A stretch of DNA of 64,000 nucleotides from Synchiropus picturatus (GCA_044231675.1 CM094664.1:14296162-14360161), one strand, 5' to 3'; positions 1 to 10,765 are shown, numbered from the stretch's first letter. Notes: a model not told the origin generated them from the letters alone. Made by a program: numbers and translations.

Positions 1-348
1 CAAAGAAGGACGCGGCATGTGCACTGTCGGATGTGCTGTCCTGACGGCCAACTGCGCCACCTGGTGGTGACAGCTAGGAAACACAGCAAGTATGTTGACA
101 AGTCAAACGAAGACCCTTAGAAATTTAAAGAAGTACTTATGTAATGGTCTGACTCGTGTCACCTGCAGGGACATGTACCGCTGTGCCCGGAACAGTGAGT
201 GGGGGGATCTGGTGCCACTGGTTCTCAACCTGGAGGACGACAATCAAAACACTTCTCAACAGTGACTCCCCAATAAACTTGTGAAAGAATCAGTGCGACA
301 ACAGTTCATGACTTCTGATTTTATTTCTTTATACATCGATATAAACAT

Positions 349-773
349 TCAGCAGCCAACAATCTCTTTAAGCGCAGAGGTCAGGTCCGGGTATTGGTAC
401 TGAAACCCGATCTCCAGAGTTCTTTTCGGCACCACTTTCTGGCCCTCGGTGAGAATGACGGCTCGCTCAGAACCCAACAGGCCGTTGAGCACGAAGCTTG
501 GCACGGGGAAGATGGTGGGCCGCCTCAAGAGCCGACCCAGCTCTTTAGTGAACTCGTAGTTGGTGTTCAAAGCTGGGGCCACACCGTTCAGGACTTGAGG
601 ATGAGCAGAGCCGTCTGGTGGACTTTCAAGGCTGTGGGTGATGATCCCTGCCAGGTCCGACACGTGGATCCACGGGAACGGTTGACTCCCGGACCCCAGG
701 GTGCCACCAACACCCAGTTTGAAGGGAAGCATCATTTGCTTGATGGCGCCACCATCCCGACCCAACACTGCCC
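349..773 (-). CDS. sdr39u1: sdr39u1 exon 6 (last; includes stop 349-351)
   Basis: Encodes AVLGRDGGAIKQMMLPFKLGVGGTLGSGSQPFPWIHVSDLAGIITHSLE...GFQYQYPDLTSALKEIVGC*. The acceptor is ccag. An AATAAA signal on the minus strand lies about 25 nt downstream, near 323-328. Confidence 0.85.
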
Positions 774-2400
774 CTGGTGGAGGAATCAAGAGGAGTTTAC
801 ATCTTTAAATCGTCATGAATTATTAAGCACACAGAAATGTCTATTTAATTATGAAATTATCCTGCAATAATAGCGGGAAAGTTTAATATCAGTAAGGGGT
901 GCTGTTTGGGGAGAGTCAGCCCATCAATGATGTAGTTGCAAATAAGGGTATCAATGGGGAAAGCACAATACATTTACAATAATAACGGGTCAAAAACTTG
1001 ACAGAATAATCACTGACACCTACCAGGTCTGATGACGACTTGTTTCGTTGTTGTCACAGTTTCGGGCAGAAGTGCAGCAGCTTCCCACTCCTGGACCAGC
1101 CTGGACAGAAGGTCGAACGGCTTCCACTCGCTGTCTTCCGTATACTTGGCCGTCAGACTGGGCTTGTAGCAAGCTGTAGGAGAGTCACTCAAGAGTTTAA
1201 CTGGTGCTGTTTCTGCTTCTTGAATCAGGCTCCAGACAAGCAGACGGTTCTCCAAAAAAAACTTCTCAATTTAAACACATATTGCTTGATGCATCCCATT
1301 TGGTGGACATCCCGAAAAACACAAGTAGGATGAGCTGTAATAACTGAGCCAGGACAAAACATTTGTCATCTCATAGGAGTTCTTATTTGTACGGCAATAC
1401 AGAGAGACTCACCTACGCCTGTGACCAGGACCCAGGACTTTGGCGGGGTGGAGGACGCTGCGATGGCTTCAGCCAGAGCTTTGGTTGTGTCAAGGCGACT
1501 TGAGAACAAGTCCTTCTTATAGTTCTCATTCCACCTAGAAGCAAATATATTGAATTCTCTTAGCTGAGAAAGACGTTTACATAAAGCTAAGATAACAAGT
1601 TCTATTCTATTGGATGCCTCACACCCAACACCTGACTGTGTTACTTCATCTGATAATATAATCGGATATAAAATCCACGTGAAAACTGTTTTGTGATACA
1701 TTATAAACTTCTAGTAGAGCTGATAGTCACCACCGCAGAGGGTTCAAGACTTCCTCTCCAGCCAAGTTGACAGCTCCGTCACACGGTGGGAGTCCACTAG
1801 ACTGCAGTTGACTCTGCCAAGGAGACACAGTTTGGTGAGAAGCTACAATTAAAGCACTGCGATGTCAAACGGCAGGTGATGTACCCAGGTGATCCTGCCA
1901 GGACCGGGCTGGCGAGATATCACTGTGACTTCATGACCTTTGCCACGGAGCAGCCGTGTGAGTTCTCGGCCCACAAAGCCAGATCCTCCTCCTGCAGAGA
2001 TGATACAGCGAACCCCTCACACTTCTTCAATGCCAACACTTTCAAATAAAAGCAATTACACTTAATCCAATGCGTCAGTAAGAATAATATATCAATATTC
2101 GTATATATATCAATATCAATATTCAATAGAAAAGTGGCAGTGATGAAAACATTGCGCATGCGTACAAATACATGACCGTCAAATTTGCAGGTACAGATTG
2201 TTGGCATTTATGTAGAATTAGTGTACGCGCAGGGAAAACTGATCAACATGACACCAAACAATCGAGGAGTGAGAATCGTAGTTGCAGCTTCGTCATGTAA
2301 CACGCAATGCTAACATGAGCTAACAGCTAGCGTTCCGTTGTTTTGACCTCGAACAGCATGAAATAAATGGCAGAAAATACTCACCGACAAGAACTTTCAT
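349..2400 (-). CDS. sdr39u1: sdr39u1 (epimerase family protein SDR39U1) gene span, 6 coding exons
   Basis: Translated exons align along the full length of human SDR39U1: MKVLVGGGSGFVGRELTRLL...GRITW / NENYKKDLFSSRLDTTKALAEAIAASSTPPKSWVLVTGV / ACYKPSLTAKYTEDSEW...QVVIRPG / AVLGRDGGAIKQMMLPFKLGVGG...GFQYQYPDLTSALKEIV. Every junction has a canonical GT/AG and phases are consistent, giving a CDS of 900 nt. Confidence 0.85.
1024..1173 (-). CDS. sdr39u1: sdr39u1 exon 5
   Basis: Encodes ACYKPSLTAKYTEDSEWKPFDLLSRLVQEWEAAALLPETVTTTKQVVIRPG. Anchored on ORF 1010..1255; the donor is gtaggt. Confidence 0.8.
1413..1534 (-). CDS. sdr39u1: sdr39u1 exon 4
   Basis: Encodes WNENYKKDLFSSRLDTTKALAEAIAASSTPPKSWVLVTGV. 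Anchored on ORF 1366..1701; the donor is gtgagt. Confidence 0.8.
1734..1813 (-). CDS. sdr39u1: sdr39u1 exon 3
   Basis: Encodes SQLQSSGLPPCDGAVNLAGEEVLNPLR, matching human AVNLAGENILNPLRRW. Ends in phase 2. Confidence 0.65.
1885..1991 (-). CDS. sdr39u1: sdr39u1 exon 2 (Rossmann GGGSGFVG motif)
   Basis: Encodes GGSGFVGRELTRLLRGKGHEVTVISRQPGPGRITW. The acceptor is ctgcag and the donor is gtacat. Confidence 0.75.
2385..2400 (-). CDS. sdr39u1: sdr39u1 exon 1 (ATG AAA GTT CTT GTC G, donor GTGAG)
   Basis: The reverse complement of ctcaccgacaagaactttcat is atgaaagttcttgtcg|gtgag. It joins in frame to exon 2 to give MKVLVGGGSGF. Confidence 0.7.
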
Positions 2401-3130
2401 GGCCACTCAGAAACACTCCAGACACCAGCCTAGAGAAGCCCTTTTCACAGGTGAGCCGTTGCTATATGGAGGGTCTGACCCTGGCATGGACTTCATCCAC
2501 CGGGACTCCGTAGCCGAGCGACATGTGACGTCATTTTGTAGTCCTGAACAACCTCTTATGAAATCTTATGACCGTTTATCACGAACCAAGTTTAGGAACT
2601 ATGTAAATGTCAGTGTTTCAACGTTGGCATAATAAAAGAACTGATAATCATTAATAGAACGAACAATTTGAGGGATATGAAACATTCTTACAAATTTGCT
2701 TAATTTAATTTAAGAGTGTAATTTCTCAAATTAATTTCGTGAATACGTTTGTTTGAGCACCCGAAAATCTTGTGTTATGCAAGGATCAAAGCATCAAAAC
2801 TACTTCAACTAAACAAATAAATACGTATTTAATAACAACGCATCATGAATGACAGTTTTGTAATTTAGCTACTTGGTTTAATTAATTCTATTTTTTATTC
2901 AATTATTATTATTATTATGTACCTGTGTGTTCACGCTTTAAGCCACACATAAGATTTAACAATGAAACTATATCTCGTTTTCATTTCCACCATGTAATTA
3001 TTCACAATATGAATAGTTTGTTAATATCTAAGGTTTAAAATGAAACATATATTTTTTTAACCGGATGACAATCGTCCACCGTCGTTCCAAAACAGGAAGT
3101 GTCTGTCGTCGCAGTCACGTGATTGTGTGG

Positions 3131-3800
3131 CATAAAAGACGGCGCGGGTTCGTTCTCGTTCTTTCGTCCTCCCGTCCGTGGGTAGCGGAGGGACAGCGCT
3201 TCGACTTCTCCTTCCGTTGCAGGCCACACGTGGTGAGCGAAATTATGTCCAGCGTCATTTGTTTAATTAATCAGGCTGTTAATTCTGTAGTTGCGGCCAC
3301 TTCCTGCTTTTATTCGGCCGCCGCATGGCTGACAACGTGCTGGACGGTTCTCTTGAGAGTAAAGTTCCAACGATCGCACGATTCAGAACTTGAATTTAGA
3401 CTTTTTTAAATAATGGGAGTAAATGACAGTGAGCTGCAGCAAGCTCCTTTTTCAAAGCCTTTATTTGAATAGACTTGAAGTCAAACCTGGATGATGAGTT
3501 GCATGTGAGTCCGTGTTTCACCTGAAACCTCATGATTATCCTTCACTGCACTGATTCGGTTTGACCCACTTGTGCGAGAGTATTGACGTTTATATATATT
3601 TTTATCCCATGTTAACACTTCCTGTCGTTAATGTTCCAGGTCGTTTGTGCTGACTGGATCTGGGCGGATGGTGAGTGTTCACTGTGTCCTTTGTAGCGTC
3701 TGACGTCATCTCTGCTCCACTCACCTCTGTTTACTCTATGCAGGTGTGGATCGCGTTTGGAAAGCCTCGTCAACAACTCATAGCACCCTCTAATAAATGG
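3131..3800 (+). other. candidate short spliced non-coding or micro-ORF transcript, divergent from sdr39u1
   Basis: A TATA-like cataaaag near 3131 is followed by a possible exon ending ccacacgtg|gtgagc at about 3232. A second candidate exon runs ttccag|GTCGTTTGTGCTGACTGGATCTGGGCGGATG|gtgagt at about 3640-3670. The last is ctctatgcag|GTGTGGATCGCG...CCTCTAATAAATGG at about 3745-3800, where an AATAAA is followed by a genomic A9 run. The longest spliced ORF is about 20 aa. Confidence 0.2.
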
Positions 3801-4024
3801 TAAAAAAAAAGTAGTGTTTCAAATTATATTTTTGTTGTCAGATTTCTTGCATGAAATGCTGTTTTTCACCTGAAAAGATTTCAATTTGGTGTTAAATAAA
3901 GCTGATCTTGAACAAACAATTGTGTTTTGAAATTTTTTTTAAAGTGGAACTTGGATGTTATAAAGGCCCTTAAATCTAAATTCTCAGGGATTTCCTTTAT
4001 CCATCTTTTAAGAGGTAAAGATTA

Positions 4025-4100
4025 ATGCTGTTTAAAAAATCGATTTTCCGATTCTGAATCGATTCGTAGATGGATTCCATAAAATCGATTCGTAGGTCCA
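4025..4100. repeat. cluster of AATCGAT(T) motifs, a possible subterminal repeat of the hAT remnant (left)
   Basis: aaaatcgattttccgattctgaatcgattcgtagatggattccataaaatcgattcgtag carries at least four copies of (G)AATCGATT(C). Confidence 0.4.
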
Positions 4101-4139
4101 AAGATCGGATTAATTAAAGTTTTAACACATATTCTCCGG

Positions 4140-4720
4140 GTGAAGTCCAACCCCTTTGACGCAGGCGCGCACCTGGGACACCAAAGTCAAAACATGCCTC
4201 CTCAGATTGGCAACACTAGCAACGTGCCGAGTTTGAAAACGCTTGAAGGTGTTGCAGTATTGCGGAAATATGACCCACCTCACGCATCACGTGACGCGAC
4301 ATCACCCAGCGTTCCTGTCCAAGCCATCCACCCGGCCACAACAGATGAAACCCGAGCGAACTTTACCACTACCGGGTCATTCTGCACACTGTGTCAAAAT
4401 AACTGAAGCGATTGCCGGCTTAATTGGCAAAGATATGCGCCCGTCGTTGAAAACGAGGGCTTCAGGCGGCCAATGAAAGTAACAGAGCCACACTACGTTA
4501 TGGTGTCTCGCAAACGTCTATTATCCCAAACACGCACCAGTCAGTCAAAGACGTGAAAAGTAAGCTTCAGTCAGCAGTCAGGGTGGGCATTACAAGTGAT
4601 ACGTGGACATCTTCGCAATCTTACACGAATCTGACAACTGACTATATTGATGAGTGGAACCTCTTCTCGTACGTACTACAGACCACAGAACTGTTCACAT
4701 ACTGCACAATGACCAGCAGG
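4140..4720 (+). mobile_element. degenerate hAT-superfamily DNA transposon remnant (fragmented transposase ORFs)
   Basis: Translation of 4560-4720 gives ...TSDTWTSSQSYTNLTTDYIDEWNLFSYVLQTTELF, which matches the conserved hAT transposase block (tDmWTS...SY..lTaHwId.dW.L.s.vL.f). Upstream ORFs contain His/Cys-rich BED-finger-like fragments. The reading frame is broken by stops, so the element is not intact. Confidence 0.5.
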
Positions 4721-5039
4721 TTGCTGTGAAGTCAGTAACCAGCACTCTGTTTACATTTTCACTGGCTGAGAATATCTTTCTTTCATTTTGATAACATAAA
4801 AATGCATTAGTATTAAACAGCAGCATCATGGGGGTGAATTTTTAATGTCATATTTCTAATAATGCACCAGTCCCATGAGCAGTCACATCTGGCCTTCTGT
4901 GTCTGGATCTTTATTATCATTTACTACCAATCCTTCATTAATTTCCTGTTGAATGTCAATATGATACTAGTATTAATATGTTGCGTAACATGTGATTATG
5001 GCAACAGCTCAGATAATGGTTTAAATACTAACCTGAATC

Positions 5040-5140
5040 GAGATCGAATCGGATCGAATTGAATCGTGATAATCGATTCTAAGTCATGAGAATCGGAATC
5101 GAATCGATTATTGAAATTAGAATCGATACCCAGCCATAGT
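5040..5140. repeat. cluster of GAATCGA/AATCGAT motifs, a possible subterminal repeat of the hAT remnant (right)
   Basis: gaatcgagatcgaatcggatcgaattgaatcgtgataatcgattctaag...gaatcggaatcgaatcgattattgaaattagaatcgatac carries more than ten copies of the same motif seen at 4025-4100, bracketing the transposase fragment. Confidence 0.4.
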
Positions 5141-5771
5141 AAAGATGCATTTTATTTTGTCTGACTCAAATGTCCAAACAGTTGCTCTCCAAGTCAAATG
5201 GTTTCTTTTGGTAACATTTCTATGAAGGCAAATGTACGTTAGAATTCAGGACAGAGATTGCCTGAAAATTTTGCAGTATATTCAATGGTGAAAGGCCTCA
5301 TACTTTAATTTTTTTTAAATATCTAGTTAAACATGTACATATCCAGAATATGGAAGATGACATTTCCTGCTCAATTTTAATCCAATTAAGGAATATTTTC
5401 TATTTAAAAAGACTAGCAAACTGAAAGCTTGAGTTTGCTAGTCAACAGGTTTGTTGTAGCTGATATTTAGACAATGCTGGTATTTTCTCATTATGAAAAA
5501 AGGGCTTTATCTTGAAGGTTCATTATACGATTGTTTAACCATTGAAGAGAAAATATGTATAACACTGGTAAATGTGATGTCAGCACATGACTAAATCCTT
5601 TCCTCAATGATGCCCATTTCACAAGTTTCCAGAACATGTTGCGCAATGTGTTTAAATAAAATCATTCACTTTGTTTATAAAATACAAAACTTATTTACAG
5701 TCAATGGTAATACAGTTTTGTTTTCTTTACGCGTTTACATTCATATCATCGACCACTGTGGCCCTAACCAC

Positions 5772-5830
5772 AAGTGGACGCAGCCCGGACTCGAACCGGT
5801 GACTCTCGGTGCGTTGGCCGCCTGCCGCCT
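5772..5830 (-). other. tRNA-derived (SINE-like) fragment carrying a pol III B-box, GGTTCGAGTCC
   Basis: On the minus strand this reads ...caccGGTTCGAGTCCgggctgcgtccac. That is a perfect T-arm/B-box consensus with a partial acceptor stem. No complete cloverleaf or A-box is present, so this is a fragment and not a tRNA gene. It sits in the ltb4r 3' flank. Confidence 0.35.
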
Positions 5831-5837
5831 CTCCAGT

Positions 5838-6095
5838 TCAGTTTTTATTTTCGTATAACTGCGATCTTCCGTTCTGTGCTGAAGACCCCGAGCTAGAGTC
5901 CATGGTGCCGAGGCCCACGCCCTCTTTGTTCCCCATCCGGCTCTTCCCGGTCTGGTCGGAGGATGTCCCCTCGAACAGCCGAGCCATGAAGGCCAGCCCG
6001 TTCTTTCGGATGTAGGACTTGCCGGCGAAGGTGTAGAGGACTGGGTTGGCACAGCTGCTGATGAAGGCCAGAGCTGAGGTCACGACCCGACTGGA
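5838..6095 (-). CDS. ltb4r: ltb4r-like segment C (TM7 plus C-tail, stop 5838-5840)
   Basis: Encodes (LDHITK)SSRVVTSALAFISSCANPVLYTFAGKSYIRKNGLAFMARLFEGTSSDQTGKSRMGNKEG... The upstream boundary is ambiguous: the acceptor is either ttccag at about 6114 or aag at about 6095. Confidence 0.55.
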   Translation of the reverse strand, partial: SSRVVTSALAFISSCANPVLYTFAGKSYIRKNGLAFMARLFEGTSSDQTGKSRMGNKEGVGLGTMDSSSGSSAQNGRSQLYENKN

Positions 6096-7336
6096 CTTGG
6101 TGATGTGGTCCAACCTGGAAGAGCAACACAACCCGAGTCAGCTTCACACATTGATCGTCCACTCTTCATCAGAAACTCACGTGTCTCGTCCGTCTGAGTC
6201 TGGTTTGTACCACCGTGACGCCACCTGGACAATGAATGCTCTTTAGAAACAAGATAACCCCGCCAGGGAACACGACCCGGGCCTCACCACCGAGCCCCAC
6301 TCGCACCTGCATCATGTTGATCACATGGTACGGCAGCCAGAAAAGACCAAAAGTGACCACGATGGCCAGGATGAGGTTCTCGCTGCGGACCTTCCTGCGG
6401 AACTTGGTCTTCCTCAGGCGTCTCAGGATCAGAACGTAGCTGGTGATGATGATGGTGTAGGGGATGATGAACCCCACCACCGTCTCAAAGGTGTAATGGA
6501 ACCTCACCTGTTTGAGTCAAGAAAAGTTGAACTCTAACAGCTAAAAGAAGCTTCTTGGCGGGTTTTGCTTTGAATGCTGGGAACTATTAAGGGACTGGAG
6601 GGTTGATGGAGACACAACCAAGTCAGATGAGGACTAAGACTTTCTAATCTTAGAATCTTAAAACTGTTGCTGAAAGACTCAAGTCACAGGAAGTGTGAAC
6701 ACGTGCCGGCCATAGCTTATCAGTCAGGATACTCAAAACTGGAACTTGAGAGAATGACTTATGACTTACATGTCGGTCCTCTGTGTGCTCCGGTGCACAC
6801 ACCAGCCTGGTTTTATTCCTCTCGTCTTTGTCCTCCCGGACGCTTCGGAACACCAGTGATGGGATGGAGATGAGCATCACCAGAATCCACATGCCCACGA
6901 TCACCCTGATCACCACCTTCTTGTTGATCCTGGAGGACACCCGGCGGGGGTACACCACCACCACCAGCCGGTGCAGGCTCATGAGCATGATCGTGAAGAT
7001 GGAGGCGTACATGTTGGTGTTGCACAGGTAGAAGAGGCCCTTGCACATGACCTCGCCGAACACCCAGGACTGCTTGGCCAGGTAGATGATGAAGAAGATG
7101 GTGAGTGCCATGAGGACGCCGTCGGCGCACGCCAGGTTGAGGATGAGGAAGGTGGTGACGGAGCGTTGCCGCGCCCGGGCCAGGATGCTCCAGACAATGA
7201 AGAAGTTCCCAGGGACGCCAAGGAGGAAGACCAGGCCGAGGATGAGGGCGCCCAGCGCAGTGGAGAAGTCGTTGCTGACCACACTCTCCGACTCTGGATT
7301 GGTGTCATTGAAGATCGCTTGGCTGATGTTGTACAT
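5838..7336 (-). CDS. ltb4r: leukotriene B4 receptor-like class A GPCR (ltb4r-like); the CDS is in three segments
   Basis: The 7TM protein aligns with human LTB4R across all helices: GVPGNFFIVWSIL (TM1), LNLACAD (TM2), NMYASIFTIMLMSLHRLVVVVYP (TM3/DRY-like), FWLPYHVINM (TM6), NPVLYTF (TM7 NPxxY), and an N-glycosylated N-terminus MYNISQAIFNDTNPE. Human LTB4R has an intronless CDS, but here it is interrupted; see findings. Confidence 0.85.
6181..6507 (-). CDS. ltb4r: ltb4r-like segment B (TM5-TM6-ECL3), acceptor aaacag
   Basis: Starts VRFHYTFETVVGFIIPYTIIITSYVLILRRLRKTKFRRK...FWLPYHVINMMQV. The 3' end of the segment is uncertain; the frame reaches a stop at 6169 after a GTGAGT at 6180. Confidence 0.6.
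6770..7336 (-). CDS. ltb4r: ltb4r-like segment A (start codon to ECL2, ends ...CAPEHTEDRH, donor gtaagt)
   Basis: The ATG of MYNISQ lies at 7336-7334 on the minus strand. There is a phase-0 GTAAGT donor directly after the His codon at 6770. The alignment EDRH|VRFHYTFETV against human EGHR|AFHLIFEAV is gapless across the junction. Confidence 0.8.
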
Positions 7337-8369
7337 TCTAGGAGGATTTCCGACATTACAAATAATGGGTTCACGTGAATAAACAAACAGATTTGCTGTC
7401 AAACATATTCCTGACACTTGAATGTAAAAAGAAACGTAAACATTTTTCGACTTCTAACTCCAGTGGCATCGTGGACTTTCCAAAATTTCCACTCATCGGC
7501 AACTTAAAACTTTAGCTTGTCATCCTGATGGAATTTAGATTTTCTTGTAAATCAAACCTGCGCTGCCTGGCAACAGACCAACAGCGATTACACAGCAAAG
7601 ACTAATAAGGCGCTTGCTGCCCCTCAAAAATTCAGTATTGAGCCATGAAGTCACTCGACGTGCTAAAACACGCCATTGCAGAATTTCAACACTCATTCAT
7701 TACACTTTTTCATACTTGGTTTGTTTCTCTTTCACCGGCGGGAGCAGGAACAGCCCAATTAAGTACTGAGAAATTATGATCCCATATCAGCAGAGCATTG
7801 AGACAGGAAGTCAGCGGCGTACTTATTCCTCTTAAAATGTATTTTTGGAGCTCTTGTTTGATTTATGTGAGGCTGAGCTAGTAAACAAAGTGAAGAGCAT
7901 TTCTGGGGACAAACACTCCCCTCTGATGGTGAGTGGAATGACAAAGTGCGTAACATTTATATTATTACTTAAAGTCAATAAATAAGTGTGTGGGCGTAAT
8001 TGATGCATGTTTTGACCTCCAGGGCATAAAAGAAAGAAAGCTAGTCAAACACAGTTAAAAGCCTTTGATGTTGCATTTTTTATTTTAATTTCCAGTTTTT
8101 GGTGACTGGCTGTACCAATTACTAGCACTGCTTGAATACTTCAAAACAACACACTCAGTTACAGCAATTCTGGATTTTACTAACCACTACTTCTATTGCT
8201 TCTTGCACTTATCACTTTTTACTTTGATTCTATTCTATTCCTGATACTACAACTAGTTCTTCCACTGGTAAAAGTTATCTGACCACTCTTGAACGTCTTT
8301 CAAACTAGTACCTCGTGGGTTAGTACTAGAGCAACTGACAACAGTCAAAATGAATGAATATATCATGTG

Positions 8370-8850
8370 CATCTACATCTTCTACTTTTATTACTTTGTT
8401 TTTACTTTTACTACAAGGACTATTGCATCTACTACTATGATTACTACTTTACTGCTACTAATTCTGCTTTTACTACTACCTTTATCGCTGTTGCTGCTCT
8501 CTCAACTATTACTGTCGCCTTTGCTCTACTAACACCCTTGATAGTACTTCTACCACCATAACCACCACTGCTTCTACCGCCACAGGTACTACAGCTTCAA
8601 GCATGATGGTTACTGATGCAACAACCACTACATTGACAGCTCCTCCAAATACTACTGCAGCAGCATATATTCTTTCCATAAAATCTTACAACCTCTATCA
8701 CTACGACTGCAATAACTGAAACCAGGATGAGTTTGAGTGGCATAATGAAAAATATATTTTCCATACAACTATGTTCATATGAGTACATTTACAACAGCAG
8801 CTACAAGTATTAGCACCCCTACTACTTCTACAACTACACTAAAAGGATAG
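8370..8850. repeat. TAC/CTA-rich low-complexity, minisatellite-like tract
   Basis: Runs of tactactac, ctgctgct and actactact give only low-complexity ORFs (LLLLL.. and YYY..) in every frame. Confidence 0.6.
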
Positions 8851-10746
8851 TATCAGTCAAAGGCAGCAAGTACTGTAGGTTTGTAAAGTAAAGGAAGAGT
8901 GTCAGGAAGTAGATTTAATCACAGTGAAGTGAACAACACCATTATGTTTGTTTACTTACTGGTTAGAATGGAATCCTCCACAAGCTGAAATTGTTATCAG
9001 ATTTTAAAACCAAACTGAGCCACTGCTGTTAAACCTGCTGGTAAACATTGCTACTCTTTTTGGAAGAGTAGCGATGTGATGTATAGGAGCAGAAAAGATC
9101 ACTGACCTGTCAGATTGAAACGGTCCTCTCAATGCTGCCTCTTCCTCTCCTGCCAGGGCCTCTCTGACATCGTCGTCCTCGAACCTCTGACTCACGTCCT
9201 GACCCACAAGCTGTAACACGCTGCTGCAGAGAGCGACTCAGAGGTGTGTCCTGTCCAACACTCTCACTACCTCCACTCCCCTGCACTTGATCAGACATGA
9301 AAACATCATTCTCCATGGAAACATATCCCTGGGCCACATGTTTATAAAGTAAAATATTTCGTCTCCCCTGGGCGTCTTTTTCTACTGTGAACCAGGGCTG
9401 TGATGAAACCCCCAGCTAGAACATGACTGCATCTATCGTCAGTCGACAAGTCACTAGTTACTGACTCCGCCAGATAAATGTCCTGGTGAAGGTTTCCAAT
9501 CGTGTTACAAGTCATATTGCATCAATAGGCACCTGAGGTGACCTCTACAGTGACCTCTAGTGAGCCACATTTTAACTATAAAACACAATAAACTGCAAGA
9601 TGTAACAAATGAAATGGATGTGATTTGATGAATGAATGATATTTCACGTAGGTTGTTGTGATCATAAGAATGATTTTAGGAATTTATCTGTGACGTTCAT
9701 CATCATTTGCTCTTGAAGAGCTGACGTGTAGCCATAGTTACCATCCTTTAATCTCAAGCAGAACGTCCCACCAGACCCACTTCCTGTGCAGTTACAGGGT
9801 TCTTATCTTAATGTGACGCTTGATGACACACAAAAGGCTCAATAAAACTGTGCTCCACCACAAAAGACTTGCCCGTCTTGCCTCAGTCACCCTCTGATTG
9901 CAAACACATCTTTAGTGGAACGTCTTCAGCAGAAAGTGTGGAGGAATCCAGGTAGAATGTGAGTAAATGATCAGGATAAATGAAAAAAAAAGGGCACCTA
10001 TGCTTTTAGTAAAGAAACATAATAATTAAAAACACTTTATTAATGGATTAATTTATGGATGCTAAATGAAAAAAATGTAAAATCTCGTCAAAGACATGGG
10101 AAACTTCATGAAACTTCAATAGATAAAGCAATAGTTTTTTTATGAAAATGTGACATATTCAGAGAACATTTAAACATAAAGTGTGATGATCATAACCGAC
10201 CATATAATAAAATCTAAATTTTCGAATATAATATTTAAGTGCAGTGCATGAATAAATAATGTCTTTAAACATTCCAAATAGACTAAATCTTAATTTTTCT
10301 TTTAAAATTTTAACAGATTTTACAAACCTTTTAACTCCAGATTAGACTAAAACGGCAAGGAAGGTACTCATCTTCTCGTGCGACTGAACACAACACATCA
10401 ATAATCCACCTTTTACGTCGTTAAACTGTGTCTAGTCTACACAGGTTCAAGTTTCCACTCATCGTCCCCGCAGGCGCTGCGGCACTGTTCTCACGTCGAC
10501 CACTAGACGGCAGCAAATACAAACTGGTAGACGTCACCATAACGTCAGTCTGCATCATTTGAAACATCCGCGAATTCTCACGAAGAATAATCACATCAGT
10601 GTTTTAAAAGGTTTTTTTTTCCTTTGTAGCTTCAAATGTCCCGAATGATACAAGGGAGAAACTCAAAAACAAATTGAAAAGAAAAAGTAAACGGTTATAA
10701 ATTGAATAGTGTATAAAGATTATTATTATTTAATGCATTCCCATTC

Positions 10747-10765
10747 CATAATTCACACACACACG

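Noticed and set aside
6813-7386. ORFs of 105-135 aa on both strands inside the ltb4r-like first segment.
   Set aside because: They are shadow frames of the GPCR coding exon, rich in H, P and G with low complexity. They do not resemble any known protein.
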